A stretch of 64,000 nucleotides of DNA from positions 10,545-74,544 of the forward strand of contig JBEKMC010000010.1 in assembly GCA_050008715.1 (NCBI GenBank), written 5' to 3'. The DNA comes from Acidimicrobiales bacterium. GTDB taxonomy: Bacteria > Actinomycetota > Acidimicrobiia > Acidimicrobiales > Bog-793. Under the pieces are notes generated by a model that made no database searches, was not told the DNA's origin, and saw only the letters and a program-made list of their open reading frames with translations. Made by a program: the position numbers and the translations under genes. How positions within the stretch are numbered: position 1 is the stretch's first letter; each line of letters begins with the position of its first letter. Shown here piece after piece: positions 8,941 through 18,286 of this stretch.

Positions 8941-11900
8941 TCAGGCCGGTGCGGTCACCTCTAACCCGATCTTGACGGGTGCCTCGGCGCCGCTGGCGCT
9001 CGTATCGAGATGGATGGCGTCGGCGAGCACCTGCCCACTCACGTAGTCGAGCCAAGTCGTCACCGCCTCGGCGGTCGCAGGTGACACGCCGAGCCGCAGT
9101 GTGATGCGGTCCGAGACGTTGAGCCCCGCATCGCGCCGTGCCTTTTGGATCAGGCGTACGAGGTCGCGCGCCACGCCCTCGGCCTCGAGCTCGTGATCGG
9201 TGTCGAGGTCGAGGACGATGAGCCCGTCGCCTCCGGCGAGAACCCGCGAAGCTGCCTCGTCGCGAGGGCGCAACTGAAGGGCGTACTCTGCAGGGCGCAG
9301 CCGGACGCCCGCGACTTCGACGTATCCCTCCGGCGTCCTCGACCATTCGCCCCGGCGCGCAGCCCCGATCACGGCTTGAGTGGCTCCTCCGAGTCGGGGG
9401 CCGAGCACCGACGGCACGATGGCGAGAACCACGTCGGCGAGATCGTGCACTTCGCTCGAGAAGCGCACGTCCTTCACATTCAGCTCGCTGGCGATGAGAT
9501 CTGCCAGGCCCGCCAAACTCTCGTCGGACCGGCCGGCAAGCGTGAGTGATCGCAGCGGGAGCCGGGCGCGTAGTCCGGCTGCCTTGCGGATGGAGTGCCC
9601 CGCAGACGCGACCTCCCGCACGTAATCCATCGACGAGACGAGGGCAGGGTCTTCGGGGAGGTCGCTTGCCCGCGGCCAGGCGGCCAGGTGGACGCTCCGT
9701 TCGCCCGTGAGGCCCCGGTAGACCTCCTCGCTGAGGAAGGGCAGGAACGGCGCTGCGACGCGGCAGGCGACGTCAAGGACGGTGTGAAGGGTGTCGTAGG
9801 CGTCCTGCTTGTCCGCGCGGGCTTCGTGACTTCCATCAGGGCTTGCCGCTGAGCGCCAGAACCGGTCCCGGCTGCGACGCACGTACCAGTTCGTGACGGC
9901 GTCGAGGAACGACGAGATGGCGCCTGTGGCGCCGGCGAGATCGTTGGCATCCATCGTGGCGGTCACCTGCTCGACGAGCTGCCGCGCTTTCGCCAGCACG
10001 TAGCGGTCGAGGACCCCCCGCTGGTCGGTTCGCCACGTTCCCCGTATCCCGTCGGCGTTCGAGTACAGGCTGAGGAAGTACCACGTGTTCCAAATCGGGT
10101 TGAGGACGAGGCGCACCGGCTCGGCGAGCGCCTTCGCCTCGATGATCCCGTCCTGCCCGCGGAGTACGGGCGAGGACAGCAGGTACCAGCGCATTGCGTC
10201 GGCTCCGACGGTGGCGAAGACCTCCTCCGGGTCTGGGAAGTTGCGGAGTCGCTTGGACAGCTTGCGGCCGTCGTCGCCGAGGAGCACGCCGTGGGCGATG
10301 CAGGAACGGAACGGCGGCCTGCCGAACAACGCCGTTGCCAGCACGTGCAGCGTGTAGAACCAGCCTCTCGTCTGGCCGACGTACTCGACGATGAAGTCCG
10401 CCGGGAAGTGATCCTCGAAGCGCTGCCGGTTCTCGAAGGGATAGTGCAGCTGGGCAAACGGCATCGAGCCGGACTCGAACCAGCAGTCGAGCACGTCGGG
10501 GATGCGGCGCATGGTGGAGCGTCCGGTCGGGTCGTCCGGGTTGGGGCGGGTGAGCTCGTCGATGGCCGGCCGATGGAGGTCGTCCGGCCTCACCCCGAAG
10601 TCGCCCTCGAGCTCGTCCAGGCTGCCATAGACGTCGACGCGCGGCCACAGTGGGTCGTCGCTCTTCCACACGGGGATGGGAGCCCCCCAGAAACGGTTCC
10701 GGCTGATGCTCCAGTCCCGCGCACCCTCCAGCCACTTGCCGAACGCGCCTTGGCCGATGTGAGCAGGCGTCCAGGCGATCTGACGATTCAGCGCCACCAT
10801 GTCGTCCTTGAGCGCCGTCACTCGTACGAACCACGAGCTCACAGCCTTGTAGATGAGGGGCGTGTCCGTACGCCAGCAGTGCGGGTAGCTATGGGTGTAC
10901 TCCTCGGCCCTGAGCAGTGCCCCTTGGCCGGCGAGGCGCTCGATGATGGCGGCATTCGCCTCGAAGACCTGTACACCGCTGTAGTCGGGCACATCCTCGG
11001 TGAAGCGGCCGTGCTCGTCCACGGGGCAGATGACGGCGATCCCGGCGGCCTCGCAGGCATGTTGGTCGTCCTCGCCGAAGCCGGGTGCCATCTGCACGAT
11101 GCCAGTGCCCTCGTCGGTGACGACGAAATCGGCGCCGAGGACGGTGAAGGCGCCGGGGGCGTCTTCGAAGTACGGGAACAGGGGCCGGTACTTCCTGCCG
11201 ACGAGGGCGGCGCCGTTCACGTGGGCGACTGCGGTGGCACCCTCGAGCTCGTGTGCGTAACCGGCTAGGCAAGCCGTGCCGACGACGAGACGCTCCGTGC
11301 CGCCCACTCCGGCACGCTCGAGCACCGTGTAGTCGAGGTCCGGGCCCACTGCCACGGCCAGGTTGGAGGGCAGCGTCCATGGTGTGGTGGTCCATGCCAC
11401 GAGCCGCAAGGGCCCGGACACGACGTCGTCCGGCGCTCCCGCCCCTGTCGCCGAACCCGGCTCGAGGTCGAACAGCACGGTCACGGCCGGATCGGTGCGG
11501 TCGCGGTAGGAGTCGTCCTGGCGGGTCTCGAAGTTGGACAGCGGCGTCTCGCACTCCCAGCAGTACGGCAGGACCCGGTAGCCCTCGTAGGCCAAGCCTT
11601 TCTCGTAGAGCTGACGGAAGGCCCAGAGGACGCTCTCCATGTAGCTGAGGTCCATCGTCCGGTAGTCGTTCTCGAAATCGACCCAGCGGGCCTGACGGGT
11701 GACGTATCGCTCCCAGGAGTCCGTCGTGCGTTGCACGATGTCGCGACAGGCGGCGTTGAACCGGTCGACCCCGTACGCAGTCACGGCTTTGTGGCCCGAG
11801 ACGCCCAGCTCACGCTCGGCTTCCATCTCCGCCGGCAGGCCATGGCAGTCCCACCCGAAACGCCGTTCGACCCTCCGACCGCGCATCGTCTGGTAACGGG

Positions 11901-12150
11901 GCACGGCATCTTTCACGAATCCGGTCAGCAAGTGCCCGTAGTGGGGAAGGCCGTTCGCGAACGGAGGTCCGTCATAGAACACGAACTCGGTGTCAGGCGG
12001 ATGGAGCTCGACTGATGCCTCGAAGGTGTGGTCGTCACGCCAGAACTCCAGCGTCTCGGCTTCGAGGGCGGCATACCCGGGTTGGGCAGGGACTTCTGGA
12101 TACGTCGCCGCGAGTGAGCGGCCGGGTCGGCGGGCGGCCGGGTCTGGCAT
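8941..12150 (-). CDS. ileS: Isoleucine--tRNA ligase
   Basis: 1069 aa. HIGH-type motif PFANGLPHYGHLL, KMSKS-type KLSKRL, and the N-terminal YPEV...LEFWRDDHTFEAS pattern typical of actinobacterial IleS. Confidence 0.97.
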   Translation of the reverse strand: MPDPAARRPGRSLAATYPEVPAQPGYAALEAETLEFWRDDHTFEASVELHPPDTEFVFYDGPPFANGLPHYGHLLTGFVKDAVPRYQTMRGRRVERRFGWDCHGLPAEMEAERELGVSGHKAVTAYGVDRFNAACRDIVQRTTDSWERYVTRQARWVDFENDYRTMDLSYMESVLWAFRQLYEKGLAYEGYRVLPYCWECETPLSNFETRQDDSYRDRTDPAVTVLFDLEPGSATGAGAPDDVVSGPLRLVAWTTTPWTLPSNLAVAVGPDLDYTVLERAGVGGTERLVVGTACLAGYAHELEGATAVAHVNGAALVGRKYRPLFPYFEDAPGAFTVLGADFVVTDEGTGIVQMAPGFGEDDQHACEAAGIAVICPVDEHGRFTEDVPDYSGVQVFEANAAIIERLAGQGALLRAEEYTHSYPHCWRTDTPLIYKAVSSWFVRVTALKDDMVALNRQIAWTPAHIGQGAFGKWLEGARDWSISRNRFWGAPIPVWKSDDPLWPRVDVYGSLDELEGDFGVRPDDLHRPAIDELTRPNPDDPTGRSTMRRIPDVLDCWFESGSMPFAQLHYPFENRQRFEDHFPADFIVEYVGQTRGWFYTLHVLATALFGRPPFRSCIAHGVLLGDDGRKLSKRLRNFPDPEEVFATVGADAMRWYLLSSPVLRGQDGIIEAKALAEPVRLVLNPIWNTWYFLSLYSNADGIRGTWRTDQRGVLDRYVLAKARQLVEQVTATMDANDLAGATGAISSFLDAVTNWYVRRSRDRFWRSAASPDGSHEARADKQDAYDTLHTVLDVACRVAAPFLPFLSEEVYRGLTGERSVHLAAWPRASDLPEDPALVSSMDYVREVASAGHSIRKAAGLRARLPLRSLTLAGRSDESLAGLADLIASELNVKDVRFSSEVHDLADVVLAIVPSVLGPRLGGATQAVIGAARRGEWSRTPEGYVEVAGVRLRPAEYALQLRPRDEAASRVLAGGDGLIVLDLDTDHELEAEGVARDLVRLIQKARRDAGLNVSDRITLRLGVSPATAEAVTTWLDYVSGQVLADAIHLDTSASGAEAPVKIGLEVTAPA

Positions 12151-12338
12151 GGCACCAGCGTATTCGCGCCCGTCCCGGCGTCGTCCCGGCCGCAGGTCGC
12201 CGCCACCAGGGAATGACGTGGGTCACGTCTTGGTTATCCTCGCGCACCGCTCTGCGATAGTTACGGAGGTCGTTGGCTCGCCCTGACCGCCGGAGTATCG
12301 TCAGGCACCCTTCCTCGGGAGAGGAGACCCGAACACCT

Positions 12339-13448
12339 ATGGCGACTACCACGAGCTCGACGACACCGGCGAACCCGTCGGCCAAGAAGGCAGCCGGCCC
12401 GGCTCGCAAGACGGCTGCCAAGCAGGCCGAGGCACCAAACGGTCCGGCAACAGTCCCCACCGGCAAAGCCAGTGCCGGCGGGAGCAAAGGCACGCCGGAG
12501 AAGCTGCCGACGGCGACGCGGGTGACGACTGGGTCGAAAGCCACCGCCAAAGCCGGCGCGGACGCCGGAAAGCAGCCGGCCAAGGCGAGCGCCAAAGCAA
12601 GCGCCAAGGTTCCCGCCCCCAGCACTGCCAAGGCGGCGGCCTCCAAGACCGCAGGCACGAAGACTGTCGGAGGGACCAAGCCGGCTGCCACGAAGCCGGC
12701 TGCCACGAAGCCGACCGCCACGAAGCCGGCTGCCACAAAGCCAGCTGCCACGAAGCCGGCGGTCACGAAGCCGGTTGCTACGAAGCCACCCGCCACAAAG
12801 CCAGCTGCCACGAAGCCGGCGGTCACGAAGCCGGCGGTCACGAGGGCGGCCAAGGCAACGGGCGCCGCCACAAAGGACCCTCACGCGTCGTCGACCGGCA
12901 CGGAAGCGCCCGCGAAGGACGCGCCCCCGAAGGAGACATCCGCCGCTCCCACCACCGAGAGCCAAGAGGCGAAGACGTCCACGGCGGCCGGTTCGGCTCA
13001 CGCCCCGGCGAGATCCGGCTCCGGTCTGCTCTCGTCCCGAAGGCGCGACCTGCCACAACGACGCACGGAGGGTTACACCGAGGAACGATTCATCAATCAT
13101 CAGCGCCAGGCGCTGCAAACCGAGCGTGCGACGTATCTCGAGCAGGCCAAGAGCCTTCGGGCGGAGGCAGAGTCCCTCGTCGAGGAGATGGAGCCCGGCG
13201 ACATCCAGTTCGACGACGAATCAGGCGAGGGTGGCACGGTCACGGTCGATCGTGAGCGCGATCTCGCTCTGTCGGCGCAGGCGCTCGTCGCCGTCGACGA
13301 GATCGATCACGCGCTCGCGAAGATGGCGACGAACACGTACGGCATCTGCGAGAGCTGTGGACGCCTGATCCCGAAAGCCAGGCTCGAAGCGCTCCCGTAC
13401 GCCCGCCTTGACATCGACTGCAAGAGCGGAGGGCTGTCGCGACGTTGA
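12339..13448 (+). CDS. Fusion protein: Lys/Ala/Pro/Thr-rich histone-H1-like N-terminal region + DksA/TraR-type C-terminal domain (DdbA-like architecture)
   Basis: Frame of ORF 12273..13448. ATG 12339 follows GGAGAGGAG. The N-terminal ~170 aa are basic low-complexity sequence with TKPAA repeats. The C-terminus has the coiled-coil plus ICESCGRLIPKARLEALPYARLDIDC zinc-finger-like motif; only three Cys are visible. Confidence 0.8.
   Translation: MATTTSSTTPANPSAKKAAGPARKTAAKQAEAPNGPATVPTGKASAGGSKGTPEKLPTATRVTTGSKATAKAGADAGKQPAKASAKASAKVPAPSTAKAAASKTAGTKTVGGTKPAATKPAATKPTATKPAATKPAATKPAVTKPVATKPPATKPAATKPAVTKPAVTRAAKATGAATKDPHASSTGTEAPAKDAPPKETSAAPTTESQEAKTSTAAGSAHAPARSGSGLLSSRRRDLPQRRTEGYTEERFINHQRQALQTERATYLEQAKSLRAEAESLVEEMEPGDIQFDDESGEGGTVTVDRERDLALSAQALVAVDEIDHALAKMATNTYGICESCGRLIPKARLEALPYARLDIDCKSGGLSRR
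12675..12842 (+). repeat. 15-bp tandem repeat x11 (acgaagccggctgcc consensus; TKPAA pentapeptide)
   Basis: Eleven consecutive in-frame units read directly. A 2-3-unit block (acaaagccagctgcc acgaagccggcggtc...) recurs within the array. Confidence 0.9.
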
Positions 13449-13996
13449 CGGGCGAGCCGTCGCCTCGCGGCAGGCGCGTTCGCAGGGTCGCGGCAGTCGT
13501 CGCGATCGCAGCCCTCGTCGTCGCATTCGACCAGGTCACGAAGTCCCTCGCGGTCAGCCGCCTCCGGACCCACGACGTGCACGTGATCGGGCCGTTCTCG
13601 TTCCGGCTCGCCTACAACACCGGCGTCGCCTTCTCGCTCGGCACCGGGCTCACCGGTCCCATCGTGATCATGGCGGTCGTACTCGTCGTCGCCATTGCCT
13701 GGTTGGCCCGCGGGGTTCCCACCATGATGGCAGCCGTCGCCTTCGGGCTCGTCCTCGGCGGCGCCGTCGGGAACTTGTCGGACCGAGTGTTCAGGGGTGG
13801 CGGCGGCGGTGTCGTGGACTTCATCTACACGCGGTTCTGGCCGACGTTCAACGTTGCGGACTCGTGCATCGTCGTCGGGTGTTTCCTGCTCGCGATCGCT
13901 TTCGCCCGCGCCGGGCACCCCGCCCGACCCCCCGAAGGCGCCTCGGCGTCGTCGCTCGACATGGCGCCACCGCCGAGCCCCGGAGAGCCCGGGTGA
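13445..13996 (+). CDS. lspA: Lipoprotein signal peptidase (signal peptidase II)
   Basis: Four hydrophobic segments. Motifs NTGVAFS and FNVADSCIVVG. The TTG start overlaps the upstream stop. Confidence 0.88.
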   Translation: MTGEPSPRGRRVRRVAAVVAIAALVVAFDQVTKSLAVSRLRTHDVHVIGPFSFRLAYNTGVAFSLGTGLTGPIVIMAVVLVVAIAWLARGVPTMMAAVAFGLVLGGAVGNLSDRVFRGGGGGVVDFIYTRFWPTFNVADSCIVVGCFLLAIAFARAGHPARPPEGASASSLDMAPPPSPGEPG

Positions 13997-14937
13997 CGAC
14001 GGAGTCGTTCGTCGTGCCGGCTGCCCTTGCAGGTGAGCGCCTCGACCGGGCCTTGGCCCTGCTCACCGGTCGGCCCAGGGCCGACATCGGCCGGGCCATC
14101 GCAGCTGGTGGTGTGACGATCGCCGGCGAGCCGGCGCAACAACGCAGCCGTCATCTGAAGGCCGGCGAGCACATCTCGGTAGTGATCGAACAGCTTGCCG
14201 ACGTGATCGTCGAGGCCGTGGCGGCGGGGCACGGAGAGGTTGCCTTCGAGGTCGTCTACGACGATGCAGATGTGATCGTGGTCGACAAGCCGGTCGGTCT
14301 CGTCACCCACCCGGGCGCCGGCGTACACGCCAGCACGCTCGTCGGCGGTCTGCTCGACCGCTATCCGGAGCTCGCACAACTCCCGTTGCAAGGTTGCGGC
14401 TCTCCGGAACGGCCCGGCATCGTGCACCGTCTCGACAAGGAGACCTCCGGCCTGCTCGTCGTCGCTCGCTCGCCACGCGCCTTCCGTTCTCTCACCGAAC
14501 AGCTCGCCGCACGCACGGCAAAGCGCACCTACCTGGCGCTTGCGCTCGGGACTCTGGGAGCTGCGCACGGCGTCATCGACGCCCCCATCGGGCGTTCTGG
14601 ACGGGATCCCACCAGGATGGCCGTCGCCAACGCCGGCAGAGCGGCGCGGACGTCGTACACCGTGCTTCGGCGCTTAACCGAGCCACTCGAGGCGACGGAG
14701 CTGGAGCTACACCTCGAGACGGGCCGCACGCACCAGATCCGGGTGCATCTTGCCGCCATTGGACATCCGGTGCTCGGCGATGGCCGCTACGGCGGAGCGC
14801 GGCGATCGTCGGGCGTGACCCGGTTGATGCTGCACGCGCTGAGGCTGGGTTTCTTGGCACCGGGCAACGGGGAGCCGCTGGAGTTCGAGGTGCCGCCGCC
14901 CGACGAGTACGTCGTCTCGATAGGGCGCTTCACCTGA
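13993..14937 (+). CDS. RluA/RluD-family 23S rRNA pseudouridine synthase with S4 domain
   Basis: Frame of ORF 13408..14937. GTG 13993 overlaps the lspA stop. S4-like N-terminus (ERLDRALA), catalytic HRLDKETSGLLVVAR, and RTHQIRVH. Confidence 0.88.
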   Translation: MTTESFVVPAALAGERLDRALALLTGRPRADIGRAIAAGGVTIAGEPAQQRSRHLKAGEHISVVIEQLADVIVEAVAAGHGEVAFEVVYDDADVIVVDKPVGLVTHPGAGVHASTLVGGLLDRYPELAQLPLQGCGSPERPGIVHRLDKETSGLLVVARSPRAFRSLTEQLAARTAKRTYLALALGTLGAAHGVIDAPIGRSGRDPTRMAVANAGRAARTSYTVLRRLTEPLEATELELHLETGRTHQIRVHLAAIGHPVLGDGRYGGARRSSGVTRLMLHALRLGFLAPGNGEPLEFEVPPPDEYVVSIGRFT

Positions 14938-14945
14938 GAGGGTTC

Positions 14946-15782
14946 TCAGGCGGCGTCGTTGACGCCTTCGACCTCCGGCTGCTCAGCGAGGAAGGCGAGT
15001 GCGGACGCCTCGATCCGCCGAACGCGGCGCACGCCGATCCCGAGGGAACGGGCGGTCGACTCGAGAGAGGCGGGAGGGGTGCCGTCTAGGCCGAAACGCA
15101 ATCGCACGACCGACTGCTCGAGCTCCGGCAGGCGATCGATGGCGGCGTCGAGGCGACTCAGGCTGATGGAGTGGACGAGGTCCTCTTCGAAGGGCACGTC
15201 ATCCGCCGCAACCACGTCGCCGAGCGTGGCAGTCGCCTCACTCGTGAGCGGCTGGTCGAGGCTGGCTACGACGCGAGGGAGTCTCGCCTGGTCAGGGTCG
15301 CCTTCCAGCTCTGCTGCGAGCGCGTCCTCCGGAAGGCGGATCGCCCGTCCCTTGGACTGCACAGCCCGCTGGAGCGCCTGACGGATCCACCACGTGGCAT
15401 ACGTCGAGAAACGGAAACCCTTGCGCCAGTCGAACTTCTCGACCGCGCGCATCAAGCCGAACGTCCCTTCCTGCACGAGGTCGACCAGGTCGACACCGCG
15501 GCCCTGGTACCGGCGCGCCCAGTGCACGACGAGGCGGAGGTTCGACCCGATCATCTGCTGACGGGCCTCCTCGTCGCCGAGCTCGATCCTCTTTGCGAGC
15601 TCAACCTGGGCGTCAGCGCTGAGCAGGGGGTATTTACCCAGGTCGTCGAGGAACAGGCGCATCAGATCGGGCGCGTTGGAGCCGCTTCCGCCCACACCTC
15701 TCTCAGGCGACGTCGTCTCTCCTGCGGAGTACTCGGTAGTGGAATTCGCGGGAATTTTCGGCTCTCCTCTCATCGTTTCCAC
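14946..15782 (-). CDS. RNA polymerase sigma-70 family factor (group-2-like; no region 1.1)
   Basis: Region 2 reads NLRLVVHWARRY...DLVQEGTFGLMRAVEKFDWRKGFRFSTYATWWIRQA. Region 4 reads VVRLRFGL...ESTARSLGIGVRRVRRIE. The start is GTG 15782 or ATG 15773. Confidence 0.88.
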   Translation of the reverse strand: METMRGEPKIPANSTTEYSAGETTSPERGVGGSGSNAPDLMRLFLDDLGKYPLLSADAQVELAKRIELGDEEARQQMIGSNLRLVVHWARRYQGRGVDLVDLVQEGTFGLMRAVEKFDWRKGFRFSTYATWWIRQALQRAVQSKGRAIRLPEDALAAELEGDPDQARLPRVVASLDQPLTSEATATLGDVVAADDVPFEEDLVHSISLSRLDAAIDRLPELEQSVVRLRFGLDGTPPASLESTARSLGIGVRRVRRIEASALAFLAEQPEVEGVNDAA

Positions 15783-15855
15783 TCGTTACTCAGTACACAA
15801 CACCCCAAGGCGCCGGCTCATTCCGACCTCGCCCGCGGGTAACCTACGCGCCCTG

Positions 15856-16509
15856 ATGTCCGCTGAGTCCGTCCAGCTCGACCCATTCTCGCAGACGGGT
15901 GTGTCACGGCACTCGCAGTCCGGTGCGAAACACGTCCCGGGCAGGGTTTTCCTCGTCCGGCACGCCGCCACGGAGTGGAGCGCGGTCGGTCGTCACACGG
16001 GTCTTACGGATCTGCCGCTGCTCCCGGACGCCGAGGAAGCAGCTCGGGCACTGGGCCGCCGACTCGAGCACCTGCGGCCGCTGCTGGTGCTCTCGAGTCC
16101 CCTGCTCCGCGCCGTCGAGACGTGCCGGCTGGCGGGTTTCGGCGACGAGGTCGAGACGTCCCACCTGCTGCTCGAGATGGACTACGGCGACTACGAGGGC
16201 CTGACGACCGCCCAGGTCCGCGAGGCGCGCCCCGGTTGGGACCTGTTCAGGGACGGCTGTCCCGGCGGCGAGACGATCGAGGATGTCGGCAAGCGAGTCG
16301 ACTTGCTCCTGGAGCGACTCGTCAGCGATCGGGGGCTCGCCGACGGCGACGTCGCCCTCTTTGCCCACGGGCACGTTCTCCGGGTCCTCACGGCCCGTTG
16401 GCTCGGCCTCGAGGCAGCCGAGGCGCGACGGTTCGCGCTCGCGGCCGCCAGGATTGGAGTCCTCGACTGGGAGCACGAGTGGACCGTGGTCGGGGGCTGG
16501 AACCACTAG
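15856..16509 (+). CDS. Histidine phosphatase (phosphoglycerate-mutase-like) family protein
   Basis: Frame of ORF 15676..16509 with the start at ATG 15856. Contains FLVRHAATEWS...GRHTG (RHG-type motif) and a downstream HGHVLR. Confidence 0.75.
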   Translation: MSAESVQLDPFSQTGVSRHSQSGAKHVPGRVFLVRHAATEWSAVGRHTGLTDLPLLPDAEEAARALGRRLEHLRPLLVLSSPLLRAVETCRLAGFGDEVETSHLLLEMDYGDYEGLTTAQVREARPGWDLFRDGCPGGETIEDVGKRVDLLLERLVSDRGLADGDVALFAHGHVLRVLTARWLGLEAAEARRFALAAARIGVLDWEHEWTVVGGWNH

Positions 16510-16531
16510 CGGCCACTCGGTCGGTCGATTC

Positions 16532-16562
16532 GGGCCGCTCGATTGGGTCAGTCGAGCGGCCC
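16532..16562. terminator. Perfect 11-bp-stem hairpin between convergent genes (possible bidirectional terminator)
   Basis: GGGCCGCTCGA (16532-16542), a 9-nt loop, then TCGAGCGGCCC (16552-16562). The right arm overlaps the last codons of the Rrf2 gene. No clear U-tract. Confidence 0.45.
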
Positions 16563-16994
16563 GACGGTCGCGAACCCTCCCCGAGCCCTCGTCACCATGT
16601 CCGCCAAGGTGAAGGAATCCAGGTGGTGACGCATGTGCTCGCCCACCTCGGACCAGACGGTCAAGAGCACACACTGCCCCTCGTGGTCGCAGGCGCCGTT
16701 CTCGTGGGGCTGGCCGAAGTCGCCCGCCATGATGGGTCCGTCCACGGCGCTGACGATCTGACCGAGGGTGATCTGCGCCGGTGGGCGGGCAAGCACATAG
16801 CCGCCGCCGACCCCACGCTTCGATCGAACGAGGCCGGCGCCCTTGAGGGCGAGGAGGATCTGCTCGAGGTACGGCTGCGGCAACCCGGTGCGCTCGGCGA
16901 TGTCGCGAACCGAGGTCGGTGGGGCTTCACCCGCCCTCAAGGCGAGCGAGAGCAGCGCACGGCTGGCGTAGTCGCCCCTCGTCGAGACCTTCAC
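16548..16994 (-). CDS. Rrf2-family transcriptional regulator
   Basis: N-terminus MKVSTRGDYASRALLSLA; wHTH IAERTGLPQPYLEQILLALKGAGLVRSKRGVGGGYVLA; two Cys in GACDHEGQC. Confidence 0.88.
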   Translation of the reverse strand: MKVSTRGDYASRALLSLALRAGEAPPTSVRDIAERTGLPQPYLEQILLALKGAGLVRSKRGVGGGYVLARPPAQITLGQIVSAVDGPIMAGDFGQPHENGACDHEGQCVLLTVWSEVGEHMRHHLDSFTLADMVTRARGGFATVGPLD

Positions 16995-17057
16995 GTCCCC
17001 ATGCTACGGCGCGCCCCGGCGTCGCCCCCGGCCGACCCGCTGCGGGCGGCTCCTCAC

Positions 17058-17135
17058 CACGAGATCGGGATGGTCACGGCGAAATGCGGATGAATCACGA
17101 CGAAACGGGAATCGTCACAACGAAGTGGGAATGGG
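17058..17135. repeat. Four imperfect ~20-bp direct repeats (CACnnCGAAAnGGGAAT-like)
   Basis: Units start at 17058, 17075, 17096 and 17116. Units 3 and 4 match at about 16 of 20 positions. The array lies upstream of the Rrf2 gene and runs into the 3' end of the next gene. Confidence 0.55.
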
Positions 17136-18230
17136 CCGAGGCTCCGGTATCTCGTCCACACTGAACAAGTCAGAATTGGGCAAGTCAGAATTGGGTAAGT
17201 CAGCACCGGGCAAGCCAGCACTGGGCAAGGAGGCGTTCGGGTGTAGAGGAGTCTGCGCGGGCAGGCGGAGCGGCTCGCTCGATGCCGGAGCGCCGGCAAG
17301 CACCGCTGTCTGCGGGACCACCGCGCCCGAGAGATTGAGTGCGACTGACTCGTCCGGGTCGCCGACGATGAGCTTGGAGGACGACAAGGCCATGATCCCG
17401 ACCACCACCAAGGACAGTCCGAAGGCGGCGCCAAGGATCGGGAGCACTCCGGAGCGGATGTGCTCATGGAGCAGGGTCGCCCCGAGGATGACGCTCGCGA
17501 TCGGGTTGGCGGCTGCGAGGGCGGGCAGCGACCAGCGGATCGGGCCACTCTGGAACGCGCTCTGGACGAGGAACACGCCGCACAACAGGCTCCCGCAGAA
17601 CGCGTACAGCTCCCAGTTGCTCAACGTGTGTGTGATGACGGCACCGAGGCCGTGATGCAAGCTGCCGTCGATCCCTCGAGCCATCCCTTTTGCGAACGCC
17701 GCAGAAAGGCCGTTGATGAGTCCGCCTGCGCAGGCCAGCAAGCCGGCCTTCCATGTCGGTTTGCGGGAGGCGAGCGAGCAGCTCACGAGCACCAGCACGG
17801 CGAACCCGAGCGAGCCGAGGGCGATCGCCCAGCCTTCTCCCGAGCCGGTCCCGCTGCCTTTGCGGGGATCTGTCGCCACGAGCAGCACCACGAGGCCGAA
17901 ACACACCGTCACGGCGGCGAGCAGCTCCCGGGCGCCGGGTCGCCGGCTGTGCACCCAGATGGCATTGATGGGCAAGGCGAACAGCAGCCCGCACACGAGG
18001 ATCGGCTGCACCGACACGAGCGAGCCGTGCACGAGCGCGACGAGCTGCAGGGAGGTCCCGACGACGCTGGCACCGATTCCTGCCAGCCACAACGGGCGCC
18101 TGACGAGGCGCAACAGCAGGCTGAACCGCAGGTGATGCTCCGCAGGTTGGGCGATGGCGGCGTGCTGCTGCAACACGACGGCAACGGCAAAAGCCATGGC
18201 CGCGGCGAGACTGACCAGGATCACCAGCAC
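17115..18230 (-). CDS. Polytopic integral membrane protein (about 10 TM; DMT/EamA-like suspected), with a repeat-containing C-terminal tail
   Basis: 371-aa ORF that is hydrophobic throughout. The antisense ORFs are Arg/Pro-rich. Family assignment is by general resemblance only. Confidence 0.6.
   Translation of the reverse strand: MLVILVSLAAAMAFAVAVVLQQHAAIAQPAEHHLRFSLLLRLVRRPLWLAGIGASVVGTSLQLVALVHGSLVSVQPILVCGLLFALPINAIWVHSRRPGARELLAAVTVCFGLVVLLVATDPRKGSGTGSGEGWAIALGSLGFAVLVLVSCSLASRKPTWKAGLLACAGGLINGLSAAFAKGMARGIDGSLHHGLGAVITHTLSNWELYAFCGSLLCGVFLVQSAFQSGPIRWSLPALAAANPIASVILGATLLHEHIRSGVLPILGAAFGLSLVVVGIMALSSSKLIVGDPDESVALNLSGAVVPQTAVLAGAPASSEPLRLPAQTPLHPNASLPSAGLPGADLPNSDLPNSDLFSVDEIPEPRPIPTSL
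17166..17225 (-). repeat. In-frame 15-bp tandem repeat x4 in the C-terminal tail of the membrane protein (LPNSD-like pentapeptides)
   Basis: On the + strand: caagtcagaattggg x2 (identical), then taagtcagcaccggg, then caagccagcactggg. Confidence 0.8.
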
Positions 18231-18286
18231 CTGTTCAGGTTATGCGACGCCGGGCATGCGCCGCTTTCGCCTGCGCTGCCGCCAGA

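Noticed and set aside
12151-12338. T-box riboswitch in the ileS leader (minus strand). Actinobacterial ileS genes are known to carry translational T-boxes.
   Set aside because: I found one AUC triplet (in CUAUCGCAG) and two UGGU elements (CCCUGGUGGCGGCG and CGCUGGUGCCAUG). I found no convincing match to the conserved T-box sequence (..GGGUGGUACCGCG) and no specifier loop with the codon on the 3' side. The 188-nt region must also hold the divergent promoter. This is not callable by eye; cmscan with RF00230 would decide it.
12675-12842. A regular short-period repeat array that superficially resembles a CRISPR array.
   Set aside because: The period is 15 bp with no spacers. The array is in frame inside a protein-coding gene (TKPAA x11), and no cas genes are nearby.
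12035-12871. 278-aa minus-strand ORF with GFVAA repeats.
   Set aside because: It is the antisense reading of the TKPAA repeat and of the ileS 5' region. The plus-strand gene has an RBS, a recognisable DksA domain and operon context.
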